From assembly GCA_046483495.1 (NCBI GenBank), contig JAWODC010000033.1, positions 1 through 18,619 of the forward strand: DNA of 18,619 nucleotides, given 5' to 3'. Below are positions 1-8,512 of this stretch, piece after piece. The notes under the pieces were generated by a model. It did not search any database. It saw only the letters and a program-made list of their open reading frames with translations, and was not told the origin of the DNA. A program made the translations under genes and the position numbers. Positions within the stretch are counted from its first letter, which is position 1; the number at the start of each line of letters is the position of its first letter. The stretch comes from Desulfobacterales bacterium. Lineage in GTDB: Bacteria > Desulfobacterota > Desulfobacteria > Desulfobacterales > UBA5616.

Positions 1-591
1 GGCTTCTTGTTGGCTCCATCGGACTTGTGCTTCTGGGAGTCTTCTTCGCCGGGAAAGTAAGAAGCGCCGCGCTTTATACTCTGCCGGAGTTGGAACTGTA
101 TTCAAGACCAGCTGCCGCCTGAGGTCGGGGTGCCCTTCGGACAGGGAATACGACATCATGGATTTCATGTCGCTATGCGTCAATCCCTTAATGATTCTCG
201 AGAATGATTTGAACGGCAGCAGATCGGGATGGGTAACCGTCATTCCCAGGGGAAGCAGGTTCGGATTGTTGATGGCCGACAGCACCGAATTGGTCATGGA
301 AGACAATTTGATTTGGGTAGGTGGGAAGGAAACCTTCCTGAATCGTGGCGCTTTCATCTGCCGCAGGCCTATGGCGCTGACATAGTAGCCTGACTTCGGC
401 CGCGCTTCGACAAGCCCTAAGGATTCCAGTTCCAAGAAGGCTTTATAAACGGTGGAAATGCTGAGTCCCGACTGCTTGTGAAGCGTCCGAATGGAGGGGA
501 GCTTTTCTCCGGATTGGTAGATGCCGCTTTTGATTTTTTGGGCGATATCTTCGGCAAGATGTTTATATCGAAAGATTTTTTTTAGCGCCAT
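1..591 (-). CDS. MocR/GntR-family PLP-dependent transcriptional regulator (PdxR-like position), 3' truncated; similarity recognisable only to about nt 95
   Basis: Manual translation from ATG at 591: [71 protein letters not shown] is a GntR wHTH. It is followed by a linker and ...[13 protein letters not shown]...[14 protein letters not shown], the start of an aminotransferase-like domain. No stop before the window edge, so it is absent from the ORF track. Divergent from pdxS. Confidence 0.9.
   Translation of the reverse strand, partial: MALKKIFRYKHLAEDIAQKIKSGIYQSGEKLPSIRTLHKQSGLSISTVYKAFLELESLGLVEARPKSGYYVSAIGLRQMKAPRFRKVSFPPTQIKLSSMTNSVLSAINNPNLLPLGMTVTHPDLLPFKSFSRIIKGLTHSDMKSMMSYSLSEGHPDLRRQLVLNTVPTPAEYKARRFLLSRRRRLPEAQVRWSQQEA
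3..92 (+). other. Internal fragment of a sodium:solute symporter (SSS) family gene, abutting the MocR gene; probable chimeric junction
   Basis: The frame from nt 3 reads [30 protein letters not shown]. This matches the SSS pattern of a hydrophobic helix followed by FAxKxR...YTLPE. The frame then loses similarity and stops at TGA 120-122. Confidence 0.6.
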
Positions 592-599
592 TGCATATT

Positions 600-660
600 A
601 ACTGTTCTGTGTTATTTTATCGAAAACTGTATCTGTTTTTTTATCACTGCAGCTGATAAA
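600..660. promoter_or_regulatory. Candidate MocR operator region in the divergent regulator/pdxS intergenic space
   Basis: Imperfect direct repeat AACTGTTCTGT (600-610) / AACTGTATCTGT (625-636), plus a perfect inverted repeat TTTATCA-N7-TGATAAA (640-660). MocR regulators typically use combined direct and inverted repeats. Confidence 0.5.
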
Positions 661-708
661 GGTCAACCGGGAGATAAAATGAAATCAATTTTTACAGGGA
701 GGATTAAA

Positions 709-1611
709 ATGCCTGAAAATACAGCATCGAAAGAAGTGGGAAGTTTCACGGTCAAGGTGGGTTTGGCCCAGATGCTCAAAGGCGGTGTCATCATGGATGT
801 CGTGACACCTGAGCATGCGGTGATTGCCGAAACCGCAGGCGCGGTGGCGGTAATGGCACTGGAGCGGGTCCCCGCGGATATCCGGCAGCACGGTGGTGTG
901 GCCCGGATGTCCGATCCCGGTTTGATCAAGGAAATCATGGCTTCGGTAAGCATTCCGGTGATGGCCAAATGCCGTATCGGCCATTTTGTCGAGGCGCAGA
1001 TCCTGGAAAGCATCGGCGTGGATTATGTCGATGAAAGCGAGGTGCTGACACCGGCGGATGAACAGTATCATGTGGACAAGCACCGGTTTAAGATTCCTTT
1101 TGTCTGCGGATGCAGAAACCTCGGAGAAGCCCTGCGACGCATCGGGGAGGGTGCCGCCATGATACGGACCAAGGGAGAGGCAGGCACCGGTGATGTGGTT
1201 GAGGCTGTTCGCCATGCCAGGACGGTCCTGGGAGAAATCGGTAGATTGCGTTCGATGCTGGATGAAGAATTGATGACCTATGCCAAAAACATCGGGGCCC
1301 CCTATGAACTGGTAAAGCAGACCAAGGAAACGGGGTGCATGCCGGTGGTCAACTTTGCCGCTGGCGGCATAGCAACACCCGCCGACGCCGCCTTGATGAT
1401 GCAGCTGGGGGTGGACGGCGTTTTCGTCGGTTCCGGCATATTTAAGAGCGGAGATCCCACGTCCCGGGCAAAGGCGATCGTACAGGCCACCACTCACTTC
1501 AACAATCCGGAAATTCTGGCAAAGATCAGTGAGAATCTCGGAGACCCGATGGTGGGCATAAACGTCGGCTCTCTGACCGAAAAAGAACTGCTTGCCGAAA
1601 GGGGATGGTAA
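709..1611 (+). CDS. pdxS: Pyridoxal 5'-phosphate synthase, lyase subunit PdxS
   Basis: Motifs [73 protein letters not shown] and C-terminal ERGW. ATG 709 is preceded by GGAGG. Confidence 0.97.
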   Translation: MPENTASKEVGSFTVKVGLAQMLKGGVIMDVVTPEHAVIAETAGAVAVMALERVPADIRQHGGVARMSDPGLIKEIMASVSIPVMAKCRIGHFVEAQILESIGVDYVDESEVLTPADEQYHVDKHRFKIPFVCGCRNLGEALRRIGEGAAMIRTKGEAGTGDVVEAVRHARTVLGEIGRLRSMLDEELMTYAKNIGAPYELVKQTKETGCMPVVNFAAGGIATPADAALMMQLGVDGVFVGSGIFKSGDPTSRAKAIVQATTHFNNPEILAKISENLGDPMVGINVGSLTEKELLAERGW

Positions 1612-1615
1612 ACCG

Positions 1616-2239
1616 ATGAAAATCGGTGTGCTGGCACTGCAGGGGGCGTTTGTCGAGCATGTCCGGATACTGCAAAACATCGGCGTCCAGGCTGCTGAAA
1701 TCCGGCTTCCTCGGGAGATGGAAGACGTGGACGGGATTATTATTCCCGGTGGAGAAAGCACTACCATTTCCAAGCTGATGGGGTTGTACGGTTTCGTTGA
1801 CCCCATCCGTGCGTTTGCCCGCACAGGGGCGGTGTGGGGGACCTGTGCGGGAATGATCGTCATGGCAAAAGCGATTTACGGTGAAACGCCTTGCCTGTCT
1901 CTAATGGATATTGCCGTGGAAAGGAATGCCTTCGGGCGTCAGGTCGACAGTTTCGAGGAATCTCTCGAAGTGCCCGAACTGCAGAACGGGACCGTCCGTC
2001 CGTTTCCAGGCGTGTTTATCCGGGCGCCGAAGTTGATCCGTGCCGGAAAGGGGACGGCAATCATTGCCAAACTGAAGAACGGGGATGCCGTGGCCGCCCT
2101 GCAGGGCCGGATGCTGGTGACGGCATTCCATCCGGAGCTTTCCACAGATGACCGTTTTCACCGGTTTTTCATCGAGCTTGTCCATAATCCCGCCGATTAC
2201 AAGCCGGAGTTTAGACTTGACGTAGTTTATCCGTCATGA
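1616..2239 (+). CDS. pdxT: Pyridoxal 5'-phosphate synthase, glutaminase subunit PdxT
   Basis: Motifs MKIGVLALQGAF, IIPGGESTT, WGTCAGMI (catalytic Cys), RNAFGRQVDSFE, VFIRAP and FHPEL (His-Glu). ATG 1616 lies 4 nt after the pdxS stop. Confidence 0.96.
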   Translation: MKIGVLALQGAFVEHVRILQNIGVQAAEIRLPREMEDVDGIIIPGGESTTISKLMGLYGFVDPIRAFARTGAVWGTCAGMIVMAKAIYGETPCLSLMDIAVERNAFGRQVDSFEESLEVPELQNGTVRPFPGVFIRAPKLIRAGKGTAIIAKLKNGDAVAALQGRMLVTAFHPELSTDDRFHRFFIELVHNPADYKPEFRLDVVYPS

Positions 2240-2498
2240 TAGGGAATTTCCGGTCTTTTCCCGAAGATCGATACACGCCTATTATTTGCAAACGCCTGTG
2301 CCCCATGTCGCGAAGAACACATCGGCCGGGTCGGAGTCCGCGAAAAAGACATTGCAAAATTCGTCTATCGTTCAGGCGATTTCAAGAGCAGACCGTATTG
2401 TTCTCTCCCCTGAGGTAGAGAAATCTCGACATACTATCGTAAACGTGTCGCAATCGATCGACTTCCGGTAACCATTTCAAAACCCAAGGAGGAAGCAG

Positions 2499-3518
2499 AT
2501 GTCGGATCAAAAAAAGATCAAGGAAATACCCGGGCTCAAGCAAATCGTCGGTAAAGAATTGGTAGGAAATGCCATAGTCATGATCATCCTTGTTCTCGCC
2601 AGCTGGGGCCTGACCTTTGGCGTCTGGGGGCCTCCGGAAGGTCTCGGAACCTACCTGGGTTATATCGCATGTATGGTGCCGTTTTTTACCGTGATTCAGA
2701 CGGCAGTACCGTTGATCAACAAACGGGTTGAGTTGATGCACGGCAAATGGGGGCTGAAAGCCGACGAAAAGGATTTGCCTGCAGAGCCGCTGATCACCAT
2801 CTGGTCCCGAATACTTCCCCGGGCGTTTGTCTACGGGTTCGGAACCATGCTGGTGCTGGTGGGCCTGATAAAAGTTTCCGGCTGGTATCCCGGCACGCCG
2901 GCGGTCGTTATCATTGTCCTCGTTGTCAATATCACCACCACCAGCCTGCTGATCAAGCGGTTTCTTCCCGCCGATCTGCTTTCCTGGGCAAAGGCCGCCG
3001 GTTCGAAACCGGATTCCGAACCCCAGCCGCTGGCCGGGTATCTCGTCGTGGAGCACGGCATACCGTTTATTCTGCTCCAGGCGTACATTAATGCCTGTGT
3101 GGCCAATCGAGGCTTTCATTTTGAAGCGGCCAAGGCAGGCGTAGACTACGTGCCCCTCCCCGCCCTGCTGCCGGATGCATTCATCCTGTTTGTCATCCTT
3201 GCCTTTATCCAGTGGATGTTTTCCAATAACTTGACGCGCGGTCATGTTCACCTGGGCCGGGTCCCGGTGGACCGGCTGAACCCCATCTCCGGGTGGGGCG
3301 GGATCGGCTTGATTTTCTTGGGAGCGATCGTCGTTACACTGCTTTACTGGGCGATACTGGCGGTCGGCAATCAGCTGACACCAGACGGAATTCACGGGCT
3401 TTCCATTGGCATGGCCACCCTGTTCAAGATGGGAAACGTGGTCCTTTCCGTTATCTTCGGCGCCTGGATCGGCATTCGTTGGGGAGGCACTCGGGAACAT
3501 GCCCGAATGCAGGTCTGA
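2499..3518 (+). CDS. Uncharacterised polytopic membrane protein (~8 TM, two internally homologous halves)
   Basis: 339-aa ORF with a strong AAGGAGG RBS and about eight hydrophobic segments. Motif IQ-x8-R-x5-G[KR] occurs twice (aa 66-83 and 237-254). No family recognised. Confidence 0.8.
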   Translation: MSDQKKIKEIPGLKQIVGKELVGNAIVMIILVLASWGLTFGVWGPPEGLGTYLGYIACMVPFFTVIQTAVPLINKRVELMHGKWGLKADEKDLPAEPLITIWSRILPRAFVYGFGTMLVLVGLIKVSGWYPGTPAVVIIVLVVNITTTSLLIKRFLPADLLSWAKAAGSKPDSEPQPLAGYLVVEHGIPFILLQAYINACVANRGFHFEAAKAGVDYVPLPALLPDAFILFVILAFIQWMFSNNLTRGHVHLGRVPVDRLNPISGWGGIGLIFLGAIVVTLLYWAILAVGNQLTPDGIHGLSIGMATLFKMGNVVLSVIFGAWIGIRWGGTREHARMQV

Positions 3519-3545
3519 CTCAAGTGAAAGCCGAACGTAATCATT

Positions 3546-3665
3546 GCCCATCCGGAAACGGCTGATTCTATCCATTTCTGTGTTGTCCGGAAAATGATAA
3601 TCCTCCAAGAGGTAGAAATTTCCCGGCTGCCCCGAACCGAATCGAATGTTCATTTCCGGATGGGC
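3546..3665. repeat. 120-bp segment bounded by perfect 13-bp inverted repeats
   Basis: GCCCATCCGGAAA (3546-3558) and its exact reverse complement TTTCCGGATGGGC (3653-3665). Confidence 0.55.
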
Positions 3666-4198
3666 GCTGTTTCATCTTTTTTGCTTGAATCCGCTTAATC
3701 CTCGGGAATTCATGATTCAGCGTTTCATCTCCGGTGAAACAAGAGGTGTTTTTCTTTGGATTCCAAATTCCGGATGTTTTTAAAATCGTCCGCGCTTTGC
3801 CGCCTGCTTTTTTATTTTCTGGTGATGACCATCCTGTCGCATATTTATTCGATAATATACCTTCAGATATAAATCTCCGTGAATGAACCTGAAGCATTGC
3901 CTTTTTACCCCCGCACCGCTGAAGATACATTTGAATGGCCGAACGTATACAGCATTTGCCTTATTGATAATGCCTGAAACCTTGGTGTAATCAGTGTTTA
4001 TCCAGATGTGGCCGATTCACTCCATTTCTTCGTCGGCCGGAAAATTTTAACTGTTTTTAAACATGGTAATGTTCATGCGGCGGCTTAAGGCCGGCGTGGA
4101 TCGGCTCCATAACTTCCTATAGGCAATGCGTCAGTGCTGAAGGTGTCGGATTGCGTCGTTTTCCCATGAACGGTTTGGATTAGAAGAGATTAGAATGA

Positions 4199-5569
4199 AT
4201 GATGGAACTCGCCTACAGCGTGCTGTCTGTTTTTTTAAACCGGTTAATCGAATTCTTCGCCGTTGATCCGGCCCGCCTGAATGATCCGGATATGATGCTG
4301 CGCCTTTCGATCCAGGTGTGCCTCTTCTTTGGTTCGGCTTTTTTTTCCGGATCCGAAACCGCACTTTTTTCCCTCTCGGATGTCGATCTCGAGCAGCTTC
4401 GGAAACAGCGTCATCCACGATCGGATCTGCTTCATGCTCTGCTCAGTCAGCCCAGGCGGCTTATTATTTCAATTTTATGCGGAAACGAATTGATCAATAT
4501 TGCAGCCACGGCAAATATGACCTGGATTCTCGTGGGGCTGTACGGCATGGAACGGGCGGGTCTGATAAGCATCATCGTAATGGTGCCGCTCCTTCTGCTG
4601 TTCGGCGAAATCACGCCCAAAACCCTTTCCGTTTCCTACCCGGTTTACGTTAGCACACGAATTGTATCCGCTCCGTTAAGCATGTGGATTCGGGCGATCG
4701 TTCCGATTCGCTGGCTGATTCGTCAGGTGGCGGACAAATTCACCACGTGGGTCGTAGGGGAGGAGCGGGATATCGATCATATTTTGAGAATGAGTGAATT
4801 TCGTTCACTTGTGGCTGAGATCGAGGAGGAAGGCCTGGTGACTGCAACGGATCGGGTGTTGATTTACAACCTTCTGGATTCAGGCAATACGGAAATCGTC
4901 AACATCATGACCCCGAGGACAAAGATTCTGTTTGTCAATCGGGATATGAAGCTGTCGGATGTTGTCGATGTATTGGTTGAGCATCACAAGCTGCGCATAC
5001 CTGTTTTCCATGGCAGTCGGGATCATATTGTGGGATTTATCCATGCCGAGGATGTCATGAGCGTAGTTGTCAATGATAAAAACACCTCGGAAATGACCTG
5101 TACGGATGTTCTTCGAGATGCGCTTTATGTGCCTTTGACCAAAAGCGTCGATGAGATGCTCGAATTCTTTAAGTATCACAATGAAAGAGCCGCCATTGTA
5201 TTGAATGAATTCGGCGGGGTGTCGGGCATGGTTACAATGGAAGACATTCTCAACTTCATCTTTGGGGAGATCGCCGATGACTTTCTCGCCAGGTATGCTT
5301 ATGAACAGGAGGACGAACAGCGGTTTGTCATCAGCGGTGATATGAAGCTCGTCGACTTCGAAGCCCTTACCAACTTCGGGATCGAGGATCCGCGCATGAC
5401 CACCATTGGCGGTGTGGCCCTGCGGCATTTTGGACGGATACCCGCAAAAGGAGACGTTGCCACGATAGAGGATATCCGGTTTACCGTATTGGAAATGGAG
5501 AATAATCGAATTGCACGCCTTCGGGCGGAAAAGGTGGAGGAAGATGAAGATGCGTCACATGCCCAATGA
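4199..5569 (+). CDS. CNNM/CorB (HlyC/TlyC-type) protein: DUF21 + CBS pair + CorC domain, paralogue 1
   Basis: SAFFSGSETALFSLS, ILCGNELINI and LFGEITPKT (DUF21); IMTPR, RIPVF and AIVLNEFGGVSGMVTMEDIL (CBS); TTIGG...GRIPAKGD (CorC). Start could be ATG 4199 or 4202. Confidence 0.93.
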   Translation: MMELAYSVLSVFLNRLIEFFAVDPARLNDPDMMLRLSIQVCLFFGSAFFSGSETALFSLSDVDLEQLRKQRHPRSDLLHALLSQPRRLIISILCGNELINIAATANMTWILVGLYGMERAGLISIIVMVPLLLLFGEITPKTLSVSYPVYVSTRIVSAPLSMWIRAIVPIRWLIRQVADKFTTWVVGEERDIDHILRMSEFRSLVAEIEEEGLVTATDRVLIYNLLDSGNTEIVNIMTPRTKILFVNRDMKLSDVVDVLVEHHKLRIPVFHGSRDHIVGFIHAEDVMSVVVNDKNTSEMTCTDVLRDALYVPLTKSVDEMLEFFKYHNERAAIVLNEFGGVSGMVTMEDILNFIFGEIADDFLARYAYEQEDEQRFVISGDMKLVDFEALTNFGIEDPRMTTIGGVALRHFGRIPAKGDVATIEDIRFTVLEMENNRIARLRAEKVEEDEDASHAQ

Positions 5570-5613
5570 TAAAGCCGGCAAAAACGGTCAAGACTGAAGA
5601 AAGCGGAAAAAAA

Positions 5614-6876
5614 ATGGAGTACATCTTCGATTTGGGGATTATGATCGTTTTGCTGCTGCTGAAAGGGTTTTTCTCCGGCTCGGAAATGGCGATGGTGAGC
5701 GCGGATAAGATCCAGATGCATCATCGGGCACGAATGGGGGATAAGGGAGCCCGGCTGTACTTGAAGTTGTTTCAGAAGCCGGATCGGCTGCTGACGACGA
5801 CGCTTGTAGGAACGAATCTGGCAACGGTCGGATTGGTTACGCTGGGGACCCTGATGATGATCGATGTGTTCGGAAATGCCGGGGATTTGGCGGCACTGCT
5901 GGTGTTTACCCCTATTTTTCTGATCTTTGGAGAAATTGTACCGAAAAGTATTTATCAGCAAAAGGCGGAAGCATTGACCCCCATTATCGTTTATCCGCTC
6001 AGAACGGCCTTTCTGCTGTTTTTCCCCGTTATTTTCATTTTTTCACAGGTTGCACGCGCGGCCACTCGCCTGGCCGGGGCGGGAAAAGCCCCCCAGAGCG
6101 TATTTTTGACACGGGAGCAGTTAAGGGCGATTCTGGAAATGACGGAAAAGCGTTCCGGGGCTGCCGTGTTCACTCGGGGCAGAATTCGAAGGGCCATCCG
6201 TTTCGGTGATACACAGGCGGCTGAAGTGATGACACCGCTGAGCGATATGCCCCTGTTTGACATTGAAGGGCCGCGGGAGAAACTCTTCGAACTCGCACGA
6301 CAGCTGGGGTATCGGTCCATTGCCGTTTACAGGGGGAGTACCGCCAATATCATCGGCGTTGCGTCATTGACGCCGTGGGATGTCATGAAAAAGCGCCTGG
6401 AATCGTCAAATATGGCCGATCTGATACAGCCGCCCTACTTTGCCGCTCCCCGGCAAACGCTGGACCGGCTGCTGCCGGTATTATGGAAGCGCCGGGATCA
6501 GTCGGCGGTTGTGGTGGATGAATTCGGTTCGGCTATCGGCATCGTCAGCCTCGAGGATATTCTCGGTGTTGTGGTTGGGGAAATCAAGATGGGCTACCAT
6601 TTTGAAAAGCATCCCTATAAGCATACCCGCACGTTTGAAGTTCTCGAGGAAGATGTCTACCTCCTCGACGCCCGTCTGCCGATTTCGGAGGTCAACGATG
6701 TCATCGGCCTGAACCTTCCCGCCCGGGATTACCGCACGATCGGCGGGATGCTTCTGGCCTATTTGCGCCATATTCCGGAGGAAGGGGAATACATTATCGA
6801 TTCCGGATACCGCTTTACAGTGGTGGAAGCATCCTCCAAATCGGTGATTCGTATCAAAGCCGAACCCGAAGTTTAA
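5614..6876 (+). CDS. CNNM/CorB (HlyC/TlyC-type) protein: DUF21 + CBS pair + CorC domain, paralogue 2
   Basis: Motifs GFFSGSEMAMVS, TTLVGTNL, IFGEIVPKS, VMTPL, VVVDEFGSAIGIVSLEDIL and RTIGG...HIPEEGE. Likely start ATG 5614; the alternative ATG 5566 overlaps the upstream stop (ATGA). Confidence 0.92.
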   Translation: MEYIFDLGIMIVLLLLKGFFSGSEMAMVSADKIQMHHRARMGDKGARLYLKLFQKPDRLLTTTLVGTNLATVGLVTLGTLMMIDVFGNAGDLAALLVFTPIFLIFGEIVPKSIYQQKAEALTPIIVYPLRTAFLLFFPVIFIFSQVARAATRLAGAGKAPQSVFLTREQLRAILEMTEKRSGAAVFTRGRIRRAIRFGDTQAAEVMTPLSDMPLFDIEGPREKLFELARQLGYRSIAVYRGSTANIIGVASLTPWDVMKKRLESSNMADLIQPPYFAAPRQTLDRLLPVLWKRRDQSAVVVDEFGSAIGIVSLEDILGVVVGEIKMGYHFEKHPYKHTRTFEVLEEDVYLLDARLPISEVNDVIGLNLPARDYRTIGGMLLAYLRHIPEEGEYIIDSGYRFTVVEASSKSVIRIKAEPEV

Positions 6877-7001
6877 AAAAAGGCCATCTTGCCGGTTTGA
6901 TTTTTATTCCTTGCACCAACGCAAAAACGGCATGGCGGCTCTCATAATCGGTTTCTCGCCGGAATCAAAAAGCGTTTAGGAAAATTCAAGGAGCCGGTAT
7001 G

Positions 7002-7030
7002 TTGACAATCCAGGCATCACATAGTAATAG
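7002..7030 (+). promoter_or_regulatory. Putative sigma70 promoter for the nucleotide-sugar operon
   Basis: Perfect TTGACA at 7002-7007 and a weak -10 (TAATAG, 7025-7030) at 17-bp spacing, about 90 bp upstream of ATG 7120. Confidence 0.35.
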
Positions 7031-7119
7031 GGGCGCGATTTCGAGGTGCCTTTCCGATTTGAGATTCACTGACATTGAATGCAAGTCCATTCGATTGCAG
7101 GCCAAGGGAATGAACCGCC

Positions 7120-8421
7120 ATGGTTGAAAATTCGGTAATTGCCGTCATCGGACTGGGATACGTCGGTCTGCCCCTTGCCGTCGAATTCGCCAAGACCTTT
7201 CCGGTCATCGGGTTTGACATCAATCCGATCCGTATCGAAGCATTGGGCCGCGGATACGATGCCACCCTGGAAGTGGATCGGCATGATCTGAGAAATGTTA
7301 TGCACGAGCATGCCGCTCGCGCTGAAGGATTGAAATCCGGGCTTCACCTAACCGGCAATTCCGAAGATCTTGCTCCGGCCAACCGGTATATCATTACCGT
7401 TCCCACGCCTATCGATCGAAACAACCATCCGGATTTAACCCCCTTGCTCAAGGCCAGTGAAATCATTGCCGCGGTGCTGAAGAAAAACGATATCGTCATT
7501 TACGAATCCACCGTTTATCCGGGTGTTACGGAAGAAATCTGCGTTCCGATACTGGAGCGGTATTCCGGGCTCGTTTACAACCATGACTTTTTTGCCGGGT
7601 ACTCACCTGAACGGATCAATCCGGGTGATAAGCACCATACGATTGCTCGGATCAAAAAGGTGACGTCCGGTTCCACGCCGCAGACCGCCGAAATCGTGGA
7701 TGCCTTGTACCGGTCCATCATTACGGCAGGGACGCATAAGGCATCATCCATCAAAATCGCCGAAGCGGCGAAAGTCATAGAAAACGCGCAGCGGGACATC
7801 AACATCGCTTTTGTCAATGAACTGGCCAAGATTTTCAACCGCCTGCAAATCGATACCCTGGAGGTTCTCGAGGCGGCCGGTACGAAATGGAATTTTTTAC
7901 CGTTCAGGCCCGGTTTGGTGGGCGGTCACTGCATTGGTGTAGACCCGTATTACCTTGCCCAGAAAGCCCAGCAGGCCGGTTACCATCCGGAAATTATACT
8001 GGCCGGCCGACGTTTGAATGACGGCATGGGGGCCTATGTCGCCGGACGGGTGGTCAAACAGATGATTGCAAAGGGGATTCCGGTTAAAGGTTCCAAAGCA
8101 CTGATTATGGGGATAACGTTTAAGGAAAATTGTCCGGATATTCGTAACACCCGGGTCATCGATATCGTGCGGGAGCTTTCTGATTATGGTATGAATGTCG
8201 ATGTGTTGGATCCCTGGGCCGATCCCGAAGATGTCTATCGATATTATGGATTCACAAACCGCAAAACCATTGAATCCGGTGATCGGTTCGACGCAGTGAT
8301 ACTGGCCGTGGCCCATGATCAATTCAGGAGCGTGGATTTGATGGAACTGAAAAACGAAAATTGCGTGGTCTATGATGTAAAAGGCATGGTGGAGCCTGCG
8401 TCGGTGGATGAACGGTTGTGA
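7120..8421 (+). CDS. tviB: UDP-N-acetylhexosamine 6-dehydrogenase (TviB/WbpO/CapL type)
   Basis: Rossmann motif [14 protein letters not shown], plus [66 protein letters not shown] (catalytic Cys) and [13 protein letters not shown]. Confidence 0.93.
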   Translation: MVENSVIAVIGLGYVGLPLAVEFAKTFPVIGFDINPIRIEALGRGYDATLEVDRHDLRNVMHEHAARAEGLKSGLHLTGNSEDLAPANRYIITVPTPIDRNNHPDLTPLLKASEIIAAVLKKNDIVIYESTVYPGVTEEICVPILERYSGLVYNHDFFAGYSPERINPGDKHHTIARIKKVTSGSTPQTAEIVDALYRSIITAGTHKASSIKIAEAAKVIENAQRDINIAFVNELAKIFNRLQIDTLEVLEAAGTKWNFLPFRPGLVGGHCIGVDPYYLAQKAQQAGYHPEIILAGRRLNDGMGAYVAGRVVKQMIAKGIPVKGSKALIMGITFKENCPDIRNTRVIDIVRELSDYGMNVDVLDPWADPEDVYRYYGFTNRKTIESGDRFDAVILAVAHDQFRSVDLMELKNENCVVYDVKGMVEPASVDERL

Positions 8422-8512
8422 TGCGGCATGTCGACGGATCACTGCAGAACCGTTGCCGATCGAGCTTTCTTTTCAAGTATGTTTTACCTGTTTCATAATG
8501 AAAGGATTTGAT

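Noticed and set aside
158..385. 75-aa plus-strand ORF
   Set aside because: Antisense to the MocR regulator; no motifs.
685..1863. Long minus-strand ORFs (685-1863, 2382-3653, 9107-9868, 12937-13578, 15475-16218 and others)
   Set aside because: Antisense shadows of well-supported plus-strand genes with no recognisable motifs.
2286..2471. 61-aa ORF containing DRIVLSPE, reminiscent of FlgM-like DxVxLS
   Set aside because: TTG start without a clear RBS, no FlgM C-terminal motif and no flagellar context.
4109..4121. ATAACTTCCTATA, a 12/13 match to a loxP half-site
   Set aside because: No second inverted half-site after an 8-bp spacer and no recombinase; likely chance.
3519..4198. Possible Mg2+ (M-box) or fluoride riboswitch upstream of the CorB genes; 120-aa minus ORF at 3568-3930
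   Set aside because: No recognisable riboswitch consensus by eye (an Rfam scan would settle it); the ORF has no motifs.
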